Part shown: one piece after another, positions 26,790-36,901 of the stretch | Layout of the letters: every line of letters starts with the position of its first letter | Numbering within the stretch: position 1 is the first letter of the stretch | Assembly (NCBI GenBank): GCA_046594305.1 | Contig: JBKJTB010000368.1 | Location: 3,317 to 67,316, forward strand | Source: Devosia sp. | Lineage (GTDB): Bacteria; Pseudomonadota; Alphaproteobacteria; Rhizobiales; Devosiaceae | Reading direction: 5' to 3' | DNA: 64,000 bases | Notes under the pieces: generated by a model | Told to the model about the DNA's origin: nothing | Seen by the model: the letters and a program-made list of their open reading frames with translations, nothing else | Database searches by the model: none | Made by a program: the position numbers and the translations under genes

Positions 26790-27601
26790 GCTGGCGCAAT
26801 GCCTTGGGCCGTCATCTGCTGCTCAGCCTCGGCGCGCTGACCGTCGTGCTGCCCTTCTTGTGGATGATCACCACTTCGCTGCAGAGCCGGGCCGAGGTCT
26901 ATGTCAGCGGCTCGATCATCCCCAATTCGTTCCACTGGGAGAACTATCTCAAGGCCTGGAACGCGGCGCCGTTTGCCACCTACTATCTCAACTCCACCCT
27001 GATGGCGGCGGGCATCGTTGTTGGTCATGTGACGGTCGATGCGCTGGCAGCCTACGCTTTTGCGCGGCTGCGCTTTCCGTTCAAGAACACCATCTTCTTC
27101 GTGCTGCTGGCCACCATGATGGTGCCAATCTTCGTCACCATCATTCCGACCTATGCTATGGTCGCCGGCTTCGGCTGGATCGACACCTATCAGGGGCTGA
27201 TCGTGCCGCGTCTCGCCGACGTGTTCGGCATCGTGCTGCTGCGGCAGTACTTTTCCAATATCCCAAAGGATCTCGAGGACGCGGCGCGGATCGACGGCAG
27301 CTCGCGCGCCGGCATCTTCTTCCGCATCATCGTGCCGCTGTCGATGCCGGCCTTCGCGACGCTGGCCATTTTCAGCTTTCTGTTCGCCTGGAACGACTTT
27401 CTGTGGCCGCTGCTGGTCATCAACTCGGACGCGCTGCGCACGGTACAGATCGGCCTCTCGGCGTTTCAGGGACGGTACGGCACATCGTGGAACTATCTGA
27501 TGGCCGGCACGCTCACGGCGGCCGTGCCCTCGATCATCGTATTTCTGATCTTCCAGCGCGCTTTGGTGCGCGGCATTGCCATGACCGGACTCAAGGACTG
27601 A
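26786..27601 (+). CDS. sugar ABC transporter permease (MalG/AglG-like)
   Basis: ATG 26786 overlaps the preceding stop (ATGA). EAA loop is LEDAARIDGSSRAGIFFRIIVPLSMP. Confidence 0.85.
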   Translation: MSWRNALGRHLLLSLGALTVVLPFLWMITTSLQSRAEVYVSGSIIPNSFHWENYLKAWNAAPFATYYLNSTLMAAGIVVGHVTVDALAAYAFARLRFPFKNTIFFVLLATMMVPIFVTIIPTYAMVAGFGWIDTYQGLIVPRLADVFGIVLLRQYFSNIPKDLEDAARIDGSSRAGIFFRIIVPLSMPAFATLAIFSFLFAWNDFLWPLLVINSDALRTVQIGLSAFQGRYGTSWNYLMAGTLTAAVPSIIVFLIFQRALVRGIAMTGLKD

Positions 27602-27604
27602 CGA

Positions 27605-29044
27605 ATGAATGAAGTAAGCGCCATCACCGCGGCGTCAACCCTGGAGGTACCGGACTGGGTCGCTGACGCGGTGTTCTACCAGATCTTCCCCGAGCGGTTC
27701 GCCAATGGCGATGCGACGATCGACGCGGCCAACGTCGAGCCCTGGGGTGGCGTGCCGACGCGCGACAATTTCTTCGGCGGCGATTTTGTGGGGATCACGG
27801 CTCATCTCGATCATATCGAGGCGGTGGGCGCCAATGCGATCTACCTGACGCCGATCTTTCAGGCCGACACCAACCATCGCTACGACGCCACCGACTATTT
27901 CAAGATCGACAAGCGGCTCGGCGACCTCGCGGCGTTCCGGACCTTCCTCGATGAGGCGCATCGGCGCGGCATGCGGGTGGTCCTCGATGCGGTGTTCAAC
28001 CATTGCGGCATCGGCCACTGGGCATTCAAGGACGTCATCGAGAAGCAGGAAGCCTCACTCTATGTGAACTGGTTCTCGGTGGAGAGTTTTCCGATCACCC
28101 CGCACCCAACTCCCAACTACAAGACCTGCTCGGGCTGCTGGTATCTGCCGAAGTGGAACGCCTACAATCCGGACGTGCGCAAGCACCATCTGGATGTGAC
28201 GCGCTACTGGATCGAACAGGGCATCGATGGCTGGCGTCTCGATGTACCCTACTTCATCAACGAGAATTTCTGGCGCGGGTTTCGAAGCGTCGCAAAGGGG
28301 ATCGACCCCGATCTCTATATCGTCGCTGAAGAATGGCGCGAGCCGGAAGCCTGGCTGCGCGGCGACCTTGCCGACGGCACGATGAACTGCACGCTGCGCA
28401 ATCTGATCTTCGCCTTCACTGCGGAGCGCAATCTCGATGCCGCTTCGTTCGTCGGCGGGATGAAGACTTTACGCGACTCGATACCGGCGGCGGCGCGCAG
28501 CGGCATGCTGAACCTCCTCGGCAGCCACGACACGACGCGGCTGCTGACGCACTACAAGGACGATGTGCGCGCCGCTATTGTCGCCTACACGCTGATGGTG
28601 ACCAGCGAGGGCGCGCCGATGATCTATTATGGCGACGAGATCGGCATGACCGGGGACAACGATCCCGGCTGCCGGCAGACGATGGAGTGGGACGAGAACC
28701 GCTGGAACCGCGATCTGCTGACGGCCATGCAGCATCTGCTGTGGCTGCGCCGCAAGCACCCGGTGCTGGCGCGGGGCGACGATCAACTGGTCGCGGTTTC
28801 ATCCGATGTGGTGGCGCGCCTCCGCCGGCTTGGCGACGACTGGGCGCTGGTGGTGGCCAATCGCGGCACCGCCGACGCCGTGCTGCCGGCAGACCTGTTC
28901 GCCGGCCTGCCGTTCGGCGAGAACAGTGAGCGGGCCTGGACGACATCGGGAGGCTCGTCACTCGAGCCGGGCGGACTGCGCGAAGGGATCGTGCTGCCCG
29001 CCATGTCGTGTGCGATCTACCTCAGCGAGGGACGTGCCGCGTGA
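27605..29044 (+). CDS. glycoside hydrolase family 13 protein (alpha-glucosidase / neopullulanase-like)
   Basis: All four GH13 conserved regions are present: DAVFNHCG, GWRLDVPY, IVAEEW, LLGSHD. Confidence 0.9.
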   Translation: MNEVSAITAASTLEVPDWVADAVFYQIFPERFANGDATIDAANVEPWGGVPTRDNFFGGDFVGITAHLDHIEAVGANAIYLTPIFQADTNHRYDATDYFKIDKRLGDLAAFRTFLDEAHRRGMRVVLDAVFNHCGIGHWAFKDVIEKQEASLYVNWFSVESFPITPHPTPNYKTCSGCWYLPKWNAYNPDVRKHHLDVTRYWIEQGIDGWRLDVPYFINENFWRGFRSVAKGIDPDLYIVAEEWREPEAWLRGDLADGTMNCTLRNLIFAFTAERNLDAASFVGGMKTLRDSIPAAARSGMLNLLGSHDTTRLLTHYKDDVRAAIVAYTLMVTSEGAPMIYYGDEIGMTGDNDPGCRQTMEWDENRWNRDLLTAMQHLLWLRRKHPVLARGDDQLVAVSSDVVARLRRLGDDWALVVANRGTADAVLPADLFAGLPFGENSERAWTTSGGSSLEPGGLREGIVLPAMSCAIYLSEGRAA

Positions 29045-30117
29045 AGCGTGTAACGATGAAAGATGTGGCCGAGCGTGCGGGGGTCAGCAAGACCGCGGTC
29101 AGCTTTGCCCTGAACGATCCCTCGCGGCTTTCCGAAACCACGCTCAAGCAGATCCTCGAAGCCGCCAAGGCGCTCGGCTTCACCCAGGATCCGGCGGCCC
29201 GCATGCTGCGCTTGCGCCGCACCAATTCGATCGGGCTGCTGCTGCCGCAGGCGCTCGATAAGGTGCTCGAAAACCCGTACTACACGCAGTTCCTGCAGGG
29301 CGTTGGACAGATCTGCCACCGCGAGGGCCTGACGCTGCTGCTGGCGCCGCCGCTGCGCGGCTCGGTGCTCAAGACGATCCCCTATGCAGCAGTGGATGGC
29401 TTCATCGTCTCGGGTCTCGAAGTCGACCGCGGCGAGGTCGACGCGCTGCGTCAGCGCCAGATTCCGTTCGTCCTCGTCGATAGCGACGAGCATCCCAATG
29501 TCGCGTCGATCGAAATCGACGACGGCGAGGGGATGGCGGCGCTGGTGGCGCATCTGTTGTCCATCGGCCACCGTCGCATCACCTTCTTTGCTTTCGAGTC
29601 CGGCCTCGAAACCGGCCGCGCCAGCTGGCGCGGACCGCTGGGACGGCGTATGCGGGGAGCCGCCAGGGCACTCGAGGCGGCCGGGCTGTCGCTCGACAGC
29701 CCCGATGTCGCCATCCGCGAGATCCCGCACACCCGCAATGCCGGCGCCGAAGGCTTCAAGGCGGTATGGGCCGAGCCGCAACGGCCAACCGCCATCGTCT
29801 GCTTCTCGGACATGATGGCCTATGGCGTGCTCGACGCCGCCCGCAGCATCGGCGTGTCGATACCAGGGGACGTGTCGGTGGCCGGCTTCGACGATCTGGT
29901 CGACAGCGCCTTGATCACGCCGAGCCTCACCACGGTGCGCCAGCCGATCGAAACCAAGGGCCGCCTCGCCGCCGAGCATCTCGTCGACGCGATCGCGGCC
30001 GGCACCAACCAGAGTTCCCGCACCGAAATGTTGCGGACGACCCTGTTGGTCCGCGAGTCGACGGGACGCCCGCCATCCAGCCGGCGCCGGACGGCAGAAG
30101 CCAAAGCGGCTCCTTGA
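29041..30117 (+). CDS. LacI family transcriptional regulator
   Basis: HTH MKDVAERAGVSKTAVSFALN plus a sugar-binding domain. GTG 29041 overlaps the GH13 stop (GTGA); ATG 29056 is the alternative. Confidence 0.85.
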   Translation: MKRVTMKDVAERAGVSKTAVSFALNDPSRLSETTLKQILEAAKALGFTQDPAARMLRLRRTNSIGLLLPQALDKVLENPYYTQFLQGVGQICHREGLTLLLAPPLRGSVLKTIPYAAVDGFIVSGLEVDRGEVDALRQRQIPFVLVDSDEHPNVASIEIDDGEGMAALVAHLLSIGHRRITFFAFESGLETGRASWRGPLGRRMRGAARALEAAGLSLDSPDVAIREIPHTRNAGAEGFKAVWAEPQRPTAIVCFSDMMAYGVLDAARSIGVSIPGDVSVAGFDDLVDSALITPSLTTVRQPIETKGRLAAEHLVDAIAAGTNQSSRTEMLRTTLLVRESTGRPPSSRRRTAEAKAAP

Positions 30118-30137
30118 GCATTTTCAGGATGTTGGAA

Positions 30138-30213
30138 TGGTGCCGCTTAGGTGACTCGAACACCTGACCCCATCATTACGAATGATGTGCTCTACCAACT
30201 GAGCTAAAGCGGC
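30138..30213 (-). tRNA. tRNA-Thr (anticodon CGU), CCA encoded
   Basis: The reverse complement GCCGCTTTAGCTCAGTTGGTAGAGCACATCATTCGTAATGATGGGGTCAGGTGTTCGAGTCACCTAAGCGGCACCA folds as a cloverleaf. It has a 7-bp acceptor stem, GCTC/GAGC D-stem, CATCA/TGATG anticodon stem with loop TTCGTAA, and a T-arm AGGTG-TTCGAGT-CACCT. Confidence 0.93.
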
Positions 30214-30245
30214 GCCGGCGGGTTTTGGCCCGAAGCGGGGGTCTT

Positions 30246-31640
30246 TTACTGGGCACCTGCGGGAGGCGCAAGCGAAGTTTCCGTCACAGCTGCGGGCGGC
30301 GAAACCGGGGCGGGCAATCTTTCGCTCGGGCCGCGGAAGGGTTCGGCCCGGCCGTTGCTGGCGTTGAGCGGCACGCGCCACTCGAAGGCATCAAGCGCGC
30401 CGGTCACCGGCGAGGTCGGCTCCCATTCATCCGAGGTGATGCCGTCGGCGATCCACACCGGGTCGGCAGGAGCACGGACGGCGCGGCTCAGCCACTCGCG
30501 GGCCTTGCCCTGGTCGGCGTTTTGGCCCTCCTCGATCTCGGCCATCAGCAGCGCCACCGCTTGCGTCGGTTCGGCCACCGAATAATTGGCGAGCGCGTTG
30601 CGGGCGGCGACCCATTCATAGGCCTCGACCGCGGCCTTCGCGAGGACGATGGCGGCGGGACGGTTGGGCGGCGGGCTGTCGATCAGTTCGCGCACGCGCT
30701 TCAGCCGGTCGACGGCGGAGACACCCGATTGGGCATTGGCGTAGAGCGCCGCGACATGCGGATGCGAGGTAGCGCGCCAGACGCGGCGGAGGAGGCTCAT
30801 GGCCTTGCGCGCTTCGCCGCGATTGGACTGGATGCGCGCCGCGATCAGCGCCGCGGGCACGAAATCGGGGACAAGTTTCAGCGCCACCGTCGCATGGTCG
30901 AGCGCGCTCAGCGGGTTGGTGTCGAACTGCTCGCGGGCGAGGGCGGTTTCGATCACCGCCTGCTTCCGGCGCTTCTGCATCTTTTCGTCGCGCGTCACGG
31001 CGGTTTCGGCGTTGACGCTGGCGAGGGCGAGTTCCCACTGGCCGCGGCGGGTGAGGTCGTCGAGCACGGCGTCAGAGGCCCAGCGGGTCTGCGGCGAGAG
31101 CGCCACGGCTTTCTGCGCAAAACTCAGCGCCGCGTCGGTGCGGCCCTGGGTGCGCGCCTGCTCGTAGAGGCCGGCGAGCGCGGCGACGGCCGTCTTCTTG
31201 TTGGAGATCAGCGCACGATAATGCTCGCGGGCCGATTGCATGTCGCCGAGCGCGAGATCGGAACGGGCTTCCAAGAGCTGCGCGGCGTGGTTGCGCGGCA
31301 AATTGCTGCGCGCTTCGCGGGCGAGCACGCGGGCGCGGCCAGGGTCGCCGGCCTGCAGCGCCACAAAACCGTCAGAGAGCGCGGCGACGCCAACGTCACG
31401 ACGCCGCTCGCGGTTGAGTTTGGCGAAGTAGCGCGGCGCATCGATGATGCGGCGGAGGATCGACCAGGCGAGGATCACGGCACCCAGACCTGCGGCGACG
31501 ATGAAGGCGGCCATGCCGAGGCGCGGCTGCATCTTGTAGCCGGCGACTTCAATCATGGCGGTGCCGGGCAGGCTCACCAGCCACGCGATGCCGGCCGTCA
31601 GCAGCAGGCTGACGATGATCCATGTGGCAAGGCGGATCAT
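30246..31640 (-). CDS. HemY N-terminal domain-containing protein (TPR-like inner-membrane protein of the hem cluster)
   Basis: 464 aa with two N-terminal TM helices (MIRLATWIIVSLLLTAGIAWL..., ...AAFIVAAGLGAVILAWSILRRI) followed by TPR-like repeats. It sits downstream of hemC-hemD. Confidence 0.75.
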   Translation of the reverse strand: MIRLATWIIVSLLLTAGIAWLVSLPGTAMIEVAGYKMQPRLGMAAFIVAAGLGAVILAWSILRRIIDAPRYFAKLNRERRRDVGVAALSDGFVALQAGDPGRARVLAREARSNLPRNHAAQLLEARSDLALGDMQSAREHYRALISNKKTAVAALAGLYEQARTQGRTDAALSFAQKAVALSPQTRWASDAVLDDLTRRGQWELALASVNAETAVTRDEKMQKRRKQAVIETALAREQFDTNPLSALDHATVALKLVPDFVPAALIAARIQSNRGEARKAMSLLRRVWRATSHPHVAALYANAQSGVSAVDRLKRVRELIDSPPPNRPAAIVLAKAAVEAYEWVAARNALANYSVAEPTQAVALLMAEIEEGQNADQGKAREWLSRAVRAPADPVWIADGITSDEWEPTSPVTGALDAFEWRVPLNASNGRAEPFRGPSERLPAPVSPPAAVTETSLAPPAGAQ

Positions 31641-32872
31641 GGCGCGGGCGCCGCCGTGGTGGTGGTGAGGGCGCGGGCGCGGAGGTCGGCGACGAGCTTG
31701 TCAGCTTCGGCGTGGGTGCGGATGTCGGCGGCAATCAGCGTTGCCTTGTCGCGCATCGCCGGCGGCAGCGCGTCGATCAGGGTGAGGGCACCGGCATAGT
31801 CGCGGCGCTCCATGGCGCCTTCGAGGCGCGACACGATGGCTTCGGGGCTGTCGCCGTCCATCTCTTCGGCCGGCCGCAGCGCGAGCAGCGATTTGGCCCA
31901 GTCGACGGCGTTCTGCGTCCAGTCCTGGTTGGTGGTATCGCGGGCGCCGAGGATCTCGGGGAGGGCGGTCTGGAATTTCGCGGTGAGCGAGTCAGGGCGG
32001 ATGAGACCAGTGGTCGCGGCGGCCGCGAGCGTTTCGGGCACGACGAAATCGGGCAGCACGGAGCGCAAGGAGTCGAGTTCTTGCTGGAACGGCTTTCCAG
32101 TAGCGAAGGCGCCTTCGAGACCCGACAGGATCAGCGGCAGCTTTAGCGCCGGGCCGACTTCATTGGGCAGGGCGGCATCGATGTGCTGGCTGAGCGTCGC
32201 GCGGGCCGCGTCGAGATCGGTGCGCAACGACGACACGGTGGAGTCGACGCCGTTGAGGCGCGTCGTGAGGCTCGAAATGCCGGTCTCGAGCGAGGCGATC
32301 GATTCGGCGATGACACCCGCGTCGGCACCCGAGGCACCGGCGGCGATGGCATCGACCTGCGCCTTCAGCGTGCGCAACTGGGTTTCGAGCGGGGCGAGAT
32401 CGACAGGCGCCGCCGCTGCGGGAATCGACGCCTGCACATCTGATATCGATTGGTTCACCGCGGCGAGGCCGGCATCGAGCTGCGCGATGGTGGCATCGAG
32501 CGACACCTGGGTGCGCGTGCTGGTCTGCTGGATAGAGGTCACTGTGCCGCTCAGCGCATCGAGCTTTTCGCCCTGCGCCGTCAGTTCGGGCGTGAGGTCG
32601 GGGACGGCGGGGCCGCGCCACGGCAGCGGCAGGGCGTTGGCGAGGAGGTAGGTGAGGATGGTCCCGAGGATCGCGCCACCGACGGCCACGGCGCCGAGCA
32701 GCGGCCAGTTGGCGGCGCCCACTTCGAGGCGCGGCGTGCGTTCGCGCGTCCCCGGCGGCGGGGTTTCGGGCGTTGCCGGCCGCTCTTCGGGCCGCGCATT
32801 GGCATTGCGCGCCGTCAAATCGATCACCGGCGGTTTCACGGGGCCGGTCGAGCGGTCAGCCATTGAGGTCAT
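31637..32872 (-). CDS. mitofilin (Mic60)-like membrane protein, COG4223 family
   Basis: 411 aa: a Pro-rich N-terminus, a single TM (WPLLGAVAVGGAILGTILTYLL), a long coiled-coil, and a C-terminal mitofilin-like block (...WAKSLLALRP...IVSRLEGAMERRDYAGALTLIDALPP...). Its start overlaps nothing and its stop overlaps the hemY-like start. Confidence 0.7.
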   Translation of the reverse strand: MTSMADRSTGPVKPPVIDLTARNANARPEERPATPETPPPGTRERTPRLEVGAANWPLLGAVAVGGAILGTILTYLLANALPLPWRGPAVPDLTPELTAQGEKLDALSGTVTSIQQTSTRTQVSLDATIAQLDAGLAAVNQSISDVQASIPAAAAPVDLAPLETQLRTLKAQVDAIAAGASGADAGVIAESIASLETGISSLTTRLNGVDSTVSSLRTDLDAARATLSQHIDAALPNEVGPALKLPLILSGLEGAFATGKPFQQELDSLRSVLPDFVVPETLAAAATTGLIRPDSLTAKFQTALPEILGARDTTNQDWTQNAVDWAKSLLALRPAEEMDGDSPEAIVSRLEGAMERRDYAGALTLIDALPPAMRDKATLIAADIRTHAEADKLVADLRARALTTTTAAPAP

Positions 32873-32875
32873 CCT

Positions 32876-33592
32876 TCATCGAACGATCATGCCCAGCTTT
32901 TGATCCCGCGCGAAAGAGAGGGCGAGGGCCATCATGGCCTCCTCCGACGGGTGGTCGGCGAGGCTCACCCGGACGAAATGGGCAGCCATCAGCGGTTCGG
33001 CAACAGCCTCCGAGAGGCACAGCATCCCCGGCCGGGCACGATCGGCCGCGGGGGCGAGGCGGGCAAAGGTCTCGGCCGTGCGGCGGGAATAGAACAGGGC
33101 GCCGTCGAGGCTCGCGAGGTTGGCGGTCAGTTGGGTCGCCGGGTGCATCTCGTAGATTGCGGTGGTGATGACCATCACGCCATGCGGCGCGAGGGCCTTC
33201 GCAAGATCGCCGGCATGCTGGCGGGCGGTCGGATAGAGCACCGGGCCATCCATGCCCGCGTTGGCGAGGAGGGCGATCAGGTCGCTGGCATTGCCTTGGG
33301 CGCTCACCACCTCCGCAAAGCCGAGATTGCGCGCCACGGCGGCGCTGCGGTCGCCCACGGTGTAGACAGGGAGGCTCCGGAGGCGCGCGATTTCGCCGCG
33401 CTCGTCCAACGCGCGCAAGGCGTTGGCGCTGGTGATGGCGAGGGCGGCAAAGCCGTCGGCGGGGGGCAGGGTGGTGGTCAGCGTTCGGGCGAAAAGCAGG
33501 GGGTCGACCACGGCATCGATATCCAGCGCCCTGAGGCGCGCGGCGGTCTCGCTCGCGTCGGGTTCGGGCCGGGTAACGAGCAGTCTGACCAT
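32876..33592 (-). CDS. hemD: uroporphyrinogen-III synthase
   Basis: 238 aa from ATG 33592 (MVRLLVTRPEPDASETAARL...ITSANALRAL...), positioned between hemC and the mic60-like gene. Confidence 0.8.
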   Translation of the reverse strand: MVRLLVTRPEPDASETAARLRALDIDAVVDPLLFARTLTTTLPPADGFAALAITSANALRALDERGEIARLRSLPVYTVGDRSAAVARNLGFAEVVSAQGNASDLIALLANAGMDGPVLYPTARQHAGDLAKALAPHGVMVITTAIYEMHPATQLTANLASLDGALFYSRRTAETFARLAPAADRARPGMLCLSEAVAEPLMAAHFVRVSLADHPSEEAMMALALSFARDQKLGMIVR

Positions 33593-33599
33593 CTGGCCG

Positions 33600-34559
33600 T
33601 TATCCGGGGAACAGTTTGAGGAAGTCTGAACCCGCCTTGTCGCGGAGGATTTGGCCCAGTTCGTGGCCAACGGCTTCGGGCGCGGCGGCTGGGCCGGTGT
33701 GCCGGGCCTCGATGGCGACCTGGCCATCCGGCGAAAGGATCTCGCCGCGGAGCAGAATTGTGTGGTCGGCGATATGGCTGACGACGCCGATGGCGGTGCG
33801 GCATGAACCGTCGAGTGCCGCGAGCAGCGCGCGCTCGGCGTGTACGGCGGTGGCGGTCGGAGCGTGGTTGAGCGGGGCGACGAGGTCGGCGGTGCGGGTG
33901 TCGTCGGCGCGGATTTCGAGGCCGATGGCGCCCTGCGCCGGGGCGGGAGGAAACCGCTCGGGATCGAGATAGGCTGTTATGTCGGCTTGCCGGCCGAGCC
34001 GGTTGAGGCCGGCGACGGCGAGCAGCGTGGCATCGGCGATCCCGTCGGCGAGTTTGCGCATCCGCGTTTCGACATTGCCGCGGAAGGGCACGATTACGAG
34101 GTCGGGCCGGGCGCGCAGCATCTGCGAAGCGCGGCGGAGCGACGACGAGCCGAGTTTTGCGCCGTGCGGCATTTCGTCAAGTGACTTGACCGTGAGCGAG
34201 ACGAAGGCGTCGCGGATGTCCTCGCGCTCGAGGAAAGCCGCCAGTACCAGACCATCGGGCAGTTTTGTCGCCATATCCTTGCTGGAGTGGACGCCGATGT
34301 CGACCTCGCCGGCTTCGAGCGCTGCCTCGATTTCCTTGGAGAACAGGCCCTTGCCGCCGACTTCGCTCAGCGGCGCGTCGGTCAGCTTGTCGCCCGTGGT
34401 GGCAATGGTCCGGATCTCGATCGCGTCCAGCGGCACGCCGTGCGTGTCCGCGAGCAAGCGTTGCACCAGCCGCGCCTGGACGAGGGCGAGGTTGGAGCCG
34501 CGGGAGCCGATGCGCAGGAAGGGCGAAGATTGCAAAGCGGGCGGGTCCCCTGTAGCCAA
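33600..34559 (-). CDS. hemC: hydroxymethylbilane synthase (porphobilinogen deaminase)
   Basis: 319 aa with LRIGSRGSNLALVQA...TTGDK...GGKGLFSKEIE...DIGVHSSKDM. Confidence 0.92.
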   Translation of the reverse strand: MATGDPPALQSSPFLRIGSRGSNLALVQARLVQRLLADTHGVPLDAIEIRTIATTGDKLTDAPLSEVGGKGLFSKEIEAALEAGEVDIGVHSSKDMATKLPDGLVLAAFLEREDIRDAFVSLTVKSLDEMPHGAKLGSSSLRRASQMLRARPDLVIVPFRGNVETRMRKLADGIADATLLAVAGLNRLGRQADITAYLDPERFPPAPAQGAIGLEIRADDTRTADLVAPLNHAPTATAVHAERALLAALDGSCRTAIGVVSHIADHTILLRGEILSPDGQVAIEARHTGPAAAPEAVGHELGQILRDKAGSDFLKLFPG

Positions 34560-34595
34560 TTCCGCACGCTCTAACCCTCACGGATACTCCGCGCA

Positions 34596-35654
34596 ATGCG
34601 GCTTCTGGGCATCGAAACAAGCTGCGACGAAACCGCCGCCGCCATCGTCGAGCGCGACGATGCGGGGCATGGGCGGATTCTGAGCAATATCGTGCGCAGC
34701 CAGCTCGAGGAGCACGCGCCCTATGGCGGCGTGGTGCCGGAACTCGCGGCGCGAGCGCATGTCAGCCATCTCGACCACATCATCGCGCGGGCATCGGCCG
34801 AGGCCGGGGTGTCGCTGGGCGAGGTGGACGCGATCGCGGCGACGGCTGGACCGGGGTTGATCGGCGGCGTGCTGGTCGGGCTCACCACGGCCAAGGCGCT
34901 GGCGGCGGCGTTGGGCAAGCCACTGATCGCGGTGAACCATCTCGAGGGGCACGCGCTCACGGCGCGGCTCACCGATGGGTTGGCCTTTCCCTATCTGCTG
35001 CTGCTGGTTTCGGGCGGGCATAGCCAGTTAGTCTTGGTGCGCGGCGTCGGCGCGTATGAGCGGTGGGGGACCACCATCGACGACGCGCTGGGCGAGGCTT
35101 TTGACAAGGTCGCGAAGCTCCTTGGGCTTGGAAATCCGGGCGGGCCGGAGGTCGAGCGCCAGGCGATGCTCGGCGATGCCCTCCGCTTCAAGTTTCCGCG
35201 CCCGCTGCTCAAGGAGGACCGGCTCGATTTTTCGTTCTCCGGGCTGAAAACGGCCGTGCGTCTCGCCGCCGAACAGATCGCGCCGTTGACGCCGCAGGAT
35301 GTCGCCGACATCTGCGCGTCGTTCCAACTCGCGGTGACCGACATCGTCACCACGCGCTCGGCGTCGGCGCTGGCAAAATTCCGCGCGGAATTGCCTTGGG
35401 CCACCCCGACGCTCGTGGTGGCGGGAGGCGTCGCCGCCAATCTGGCGATCGGCGACGGCCTGCGCCGCATCGCTGCCGACGCCGGCGCGCGCCTGGTCGT
35501 GCCGCCGATCCCGCTTTGCACCGACAATGGGGCGATGGTGGCGTGGGCCGGTGCGGAGCGGCTGGCATTGGGCGAGACCGATGGTTTCGATGTCGCGGCC
35601 AAGGCGCGCTGGCCGCTCGACAGCGCCGACATGGGTCGCCGAAATGCCGCTTGA
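34596..35654 (+). CDS. tsaD: tRNA N6-adenosine threonylcarbamoyltransferase
   Basis: [18 protein letters not shown]...[12 protein letters not shown]...; 352 aa. Confidence 0.93.
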   Translation: MRLLGIETSCDETAAAIVERDDAGHGRILSNIVRSQLEEHAPYGGVVPELAARAHVSHLDHIIARASAEAGVSLGEVDAIAATAGPGLIGGVLVGLTTAKALAAALGKPLIAVNHLEGHALTARLTDGLAFPYLLLLVSGGHSQLVLVRGVGAYERWGTTIDDALGEAFDKVAKLLGLGNPGGPEVERQAMLGDALRFKFPRPLLKEDRLDFSFSGLKTAVRLAAEQIAPLTPQDVADICASFQLAVTDIVTTRSASALAKFRAELPWATPTLVVAGGVAANLAIGDGLRRIAADAGARLVVPPIPLCTDNGAMVAWAGAERLALGETDGFDVAAKARWPLDSADMGRRNAA

Positions 35655-36603
35655 GCGCGTTGCCGTCATCGGCGCCGGCGCCTGGGGCACGGCGCTGGCG
35701 CAGGCCGCCGCGATGGCTGGGCGCGAGGTGGTGCTGGTGGGGCGCGATCGTGCGGTGGTCGATGAGATCAACACCCACCACACCAACACCGCGCATCTGG
35801 GTACGCAGCCGCTGCTGCCCTCGATCCGCGGCACGAAATCATTCACCGGCGCCGACCTCGTGATCCTCGCCGTCCCCGCTCAAGCCAGCCGCGCAGCGCT
35901 TACTGGCCTCATGCTCGCGGGCACTCCCGTAGTCCTCACCGCGAAAGGACTGGAACAGGGTTCGCTCAAGCGCCAGAGCGAAGTGCTGGCGGAAGCAGCG
36001 CCCGGCGCGATCCCTTACGTCCTCTCCGGCCCAAGCTTCGCCACCGACGTCGCCGCTGGCCGCCCGACCGCGGTGACCCTCGCCGGCGATGACGATGTTG
36101 CCACCGAAGCCATCGCTGCCGCGCTTGCCGGTCCGGGCTTTCGCCCGTATGCCGCCGGCGACCGGGTCGGCGTCGAGTTGGCCGGTGCGCTGAAGAACGT
36201 CTATGCGCTGGCGGCCGGTGCGGTGGATGGCGCACGTCTCGGGGCGTCGGCCCGTGCCGCGCTGATCGCCCGCGCTTTCGCCGAGCTGAGCCGCATCATC
36301 CCGGCCCTCGGCGGCCGCGCGGAAACACTCATGGGCCTCGCGGGGCTCGGCGATCTCACCCTGAGCTGCACGTCCGAACAGTCGCGCAACTACCGCCACG
36401 GCGTGGCACTCGGCCGCGGCGAGCCGCAGCCCCAGTCGCTCGCCGAGGGGGTGTTCACCGCCCCCGTGGCGCAGCTTCTGGCGCGCACCGCTGGCGTCGA
36501 AGCGCCGCTGATCGAAGCGGTCAATCTGCTGCTCGCGGGCAATGTCACCATCACCACAATCGTCGCGGGCCTGATGTCGCGCCCGCTCAAACGCGAGGAC
36601 TAA
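35644..36603 (+). CDS. gpsA: NAD(P)H-dependent glycerol-3-phosphate dehydrogenase
   Basis: ATG 35644 overlaps the tsaD end by 11 nt. Motifs [14 protein letters not shown] and ...[11 protein letters not shown].... Confidence 0.9.
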   Translation: MPLERVAVIGAGAWGTALAQAAAMAGREVVLVGRDRAVVDEINTHHTNTAHLGTQPLLPSIRGTKSFTGADLVILAVPAQASRAALTGLMLAGTPVVLTAKGLEQGSLKRQSEVLAEAAPGAIPYVLSGPSFATDVAAGRPTAVTLAGDDDVATEAIAAALAGPGFRPYAAGDRVGVELAGALKNVYALAAGAVDGARLGASARAALIARAFAELSRIIPALGGRAETLMGLAGLGDLTLSCTSEQSRNYRHGVALGRGEPQPQSLAEGVFTAPVAQLLARTAGVEAPLIEAVNLLLAGNVTITTIVAGLMSRPLKRED

Positions 36604-36604
36604 A

Positions 36605-36889
36605 ATGCTGTTCGCCCTGGTTGCCCATGATCGCCCCAATTCCGTCGCGCGCCGCATGGAGCTGCGTCCCGATCATCTGAAGCATCTCGATGCGCTGGGC
36701 GCGACGCTGGTGCTCGCGGGCCCATTTCTCGCCGACAATGGCGACATGGTGGGCTCGATCGTCGTCATCGAGGCCGAGACGCTCGACGCGGCCCGCGAGA
36801 TTTTTGCGCGCGACCCCTTCATGGTCGGCAATCTCTTCGATAGCATCACGATCAAGCCGTGGAAGCTTGGGGTCAACAAGACCAAATAG
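36605..36889 (+). CDS. YciI family protein
   Basis: 94 aa; MLFALVAHDRPNS...RPDHLKHLD...AGPF...DPF... is the typical YciI-like pattern. Confidence 0.8.
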   Translation: MLFALVAHDRPNSVARRMELRPDHLKHLDALGATLVLAGPFLADNGDMVGSIVVIEAETLDAAREIFARDPFMVGNLFDSITIKPWKLGVNKTK

Positions 36890-36901
36890 GGAGCGCCCGC
36901 G

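Noticed and set aside
24476-30213. Genomic island integrated at the 3' end of tRNA-Thr.
   Set aside because: No integrase or recombinase gene is present. I found no direct repeat of the tRNA 3' end. The adjacent sugar locus has host-like composition.
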